A stretch of DNA of 13,620 nt from an uncultured Bacilli bacterium. GTDB taxonomy: Bacteria > Bacillota_I > Bacilli_A > RF39 > UBA660. Positions within the stretch are counted from its first letter, which is position 1. Every line of letters begins with the position of its first letter. The stretch lies in contig CANROP010000030.1 in assembly GCA_947632265.1 (NCBI GenBank), positions 1 through 13,620 on the forward strand. The letters run 5' to 3'. A program made the translations under genes and the position numbers. This document shows positions 13,066 to 13,620 of this stretch, piece after piece. Below the pieces are notes generated by a model, which was given only the letters and a program-made list of their open reading frames with translations, searched no databases and had not been told where the DNA came from.

Positions 13066-13620
13066 TTGAAAAACATGTGTATAGGAGACAAATTAGAAAT
13101 ACAATGTTATAAACATAATAAAAAAATTCATCGAGCATGGTCTGAAGCGACACTTTTAGATATACAAAAAGACTATTTAGTTTTTGGAAATAATAAAACA
13201 TTAGTTACAGAATCAGAAGGAACAACTTGGAGAACTAAAGAGCCAGCCATTATGTATTTTTTTAGAAACAAATGGTACAATGTAATTGCCCAAATGAAAA
13301 AAGATGGGATATATTACTACTGTAATATTGCAACTCCATTTATTATAGAGGATAATACAATTAAATATATAGATTATGATTTGGATCTTAGAATTTTTCC
13401 AAAAGGAGATTATAAAATATTAGATAGACTAGAATATGAATATCATAAAAAAAAGATGAATTATTCAGATGATTTAGATAAAGTAATAAATAATGAATTA
13501 AATGAGTTAATAGAAGAATATAATAATAGAGCAATAATGTTTGATGAAAGAAAAAACAAAGAATATTTAGAAATTTATAACAAATTAAAGAAAGAATCAG
13601 AAAATAGTAATTTTATTTAA
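13066..13620 (+). CDS. ntdP: DUF402 / UPF0374 family nucleoside tri-/diphosphate phosphatase (Ntdp, YgaC-like)
   Basis: LEIQCYKHNKKIHRAWSEATLL...TESEGTTWRTKEPAIMYF...WYNVIAQMKKDGIYYYCNIATPF...IKYIDYDLDLRIFP parallels B. subtilis YgaC (VQIHSYKHNGSIHRMW...TESDGRTWITREPAICYF...YYYCNLSSPF...LKYIDYDLDIKVYP) as recalled. I prefer the in-frame TTG 13066 (GGTGAT 13056-13061, 4-nt spacer) over ATG 13051. ATG 13075 is also possible. The stop TAA is the last 3 bases of the window. Confidence 0.85.
   Translation: MKNMCIGDKLEIQCYKHNKKIHRAWSEATLLDIQKDYLVFGNNKTLVTESEGTTWRTKEPAIMYFFRNKWYNVIAQMKKDGIYYYCNIATPFIIEDNTIKYIDYDLDLRIFPKGDYKILDRLEYEYHKKKMNYSDDLDKVINNELNELIEEYNNRAIMFDERKNKEYLEIYNKLKKESENSNFI

Noticed and set aside
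1-13620. Search by eye for CRISPR arrays, tRNA/rRNA genes, IS elements, integrases, riboswitch-like leaders or long tandem repeats
   Set aside because: I found no regularly spaced direct repeats, no cloverleaf-compatible GC-rich segments, no transposase or integrase-like ORFs and no long structured leaders. The longest intergenic regions (4508-4684, 6808-6951, 11623-11799) are plain AT-rich promoter regions.

Overview
This DNA is visibly very AT-rich, with strong GGAGG/GGTGAT Shine-Dalgarno sites. That is typical of a low-GC Firmicute endospore-former, and the CotY/CotZ-type coat gene, LysM coat-like gene, UPF0316 and UPF0374/Ntdp genes fit this. I can support 18 protein-coding genes (one partial at the left edge, one 50-codon ORF missing from the supplied track) and one gene remnant. 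I found no rRNA, tRNA, CRISPR array, transposase or integrase. The window splits in two. The left part (1 to about 4600) looks accessory. It holds the tail of a DUF1016/YhcG-type PDDEXK-nuclease gene, an internally deleted remnant and an intact copy of a Bro-N/DinD-like gene, and a two-gene operon at 1444-4507 with its own promoter and translational coupling. That operon encodes a 614-aa AAA+ (AAA_5, MoxR/McrB-like) NTPase with an N-terminal domain of about 285 aa that I cannot assign. Its partner is a 410-aa protein combining an intact HExxH metallopeptidase motif with a complete VWA MIDAS motif (DUF2201-type architecture). This operon is my top candidate for an uncharacterised, possibly conflict/defence, system. 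The right part (4694-13620) looks core-like. It contains two Cys-free membrane-anchored proteins, UPF0316, a DUF368 (PopT-type) transporter, and a spore-surface cluster (Cys-rich CotY/CotZ/ExsY-like, a small divergent ORF, a triple-LysM protein). It also contains an orphan Clp-D1-only AAA+ protein in an operon with trmL, an acidic low-complexity membrane protein, an RNHCP zinc-ribbon protein, an S41 C-terminal processing peptidase and a DUF402/Ntdp phosphatase. All family assignments come from motif recognition and recall, not database searches.
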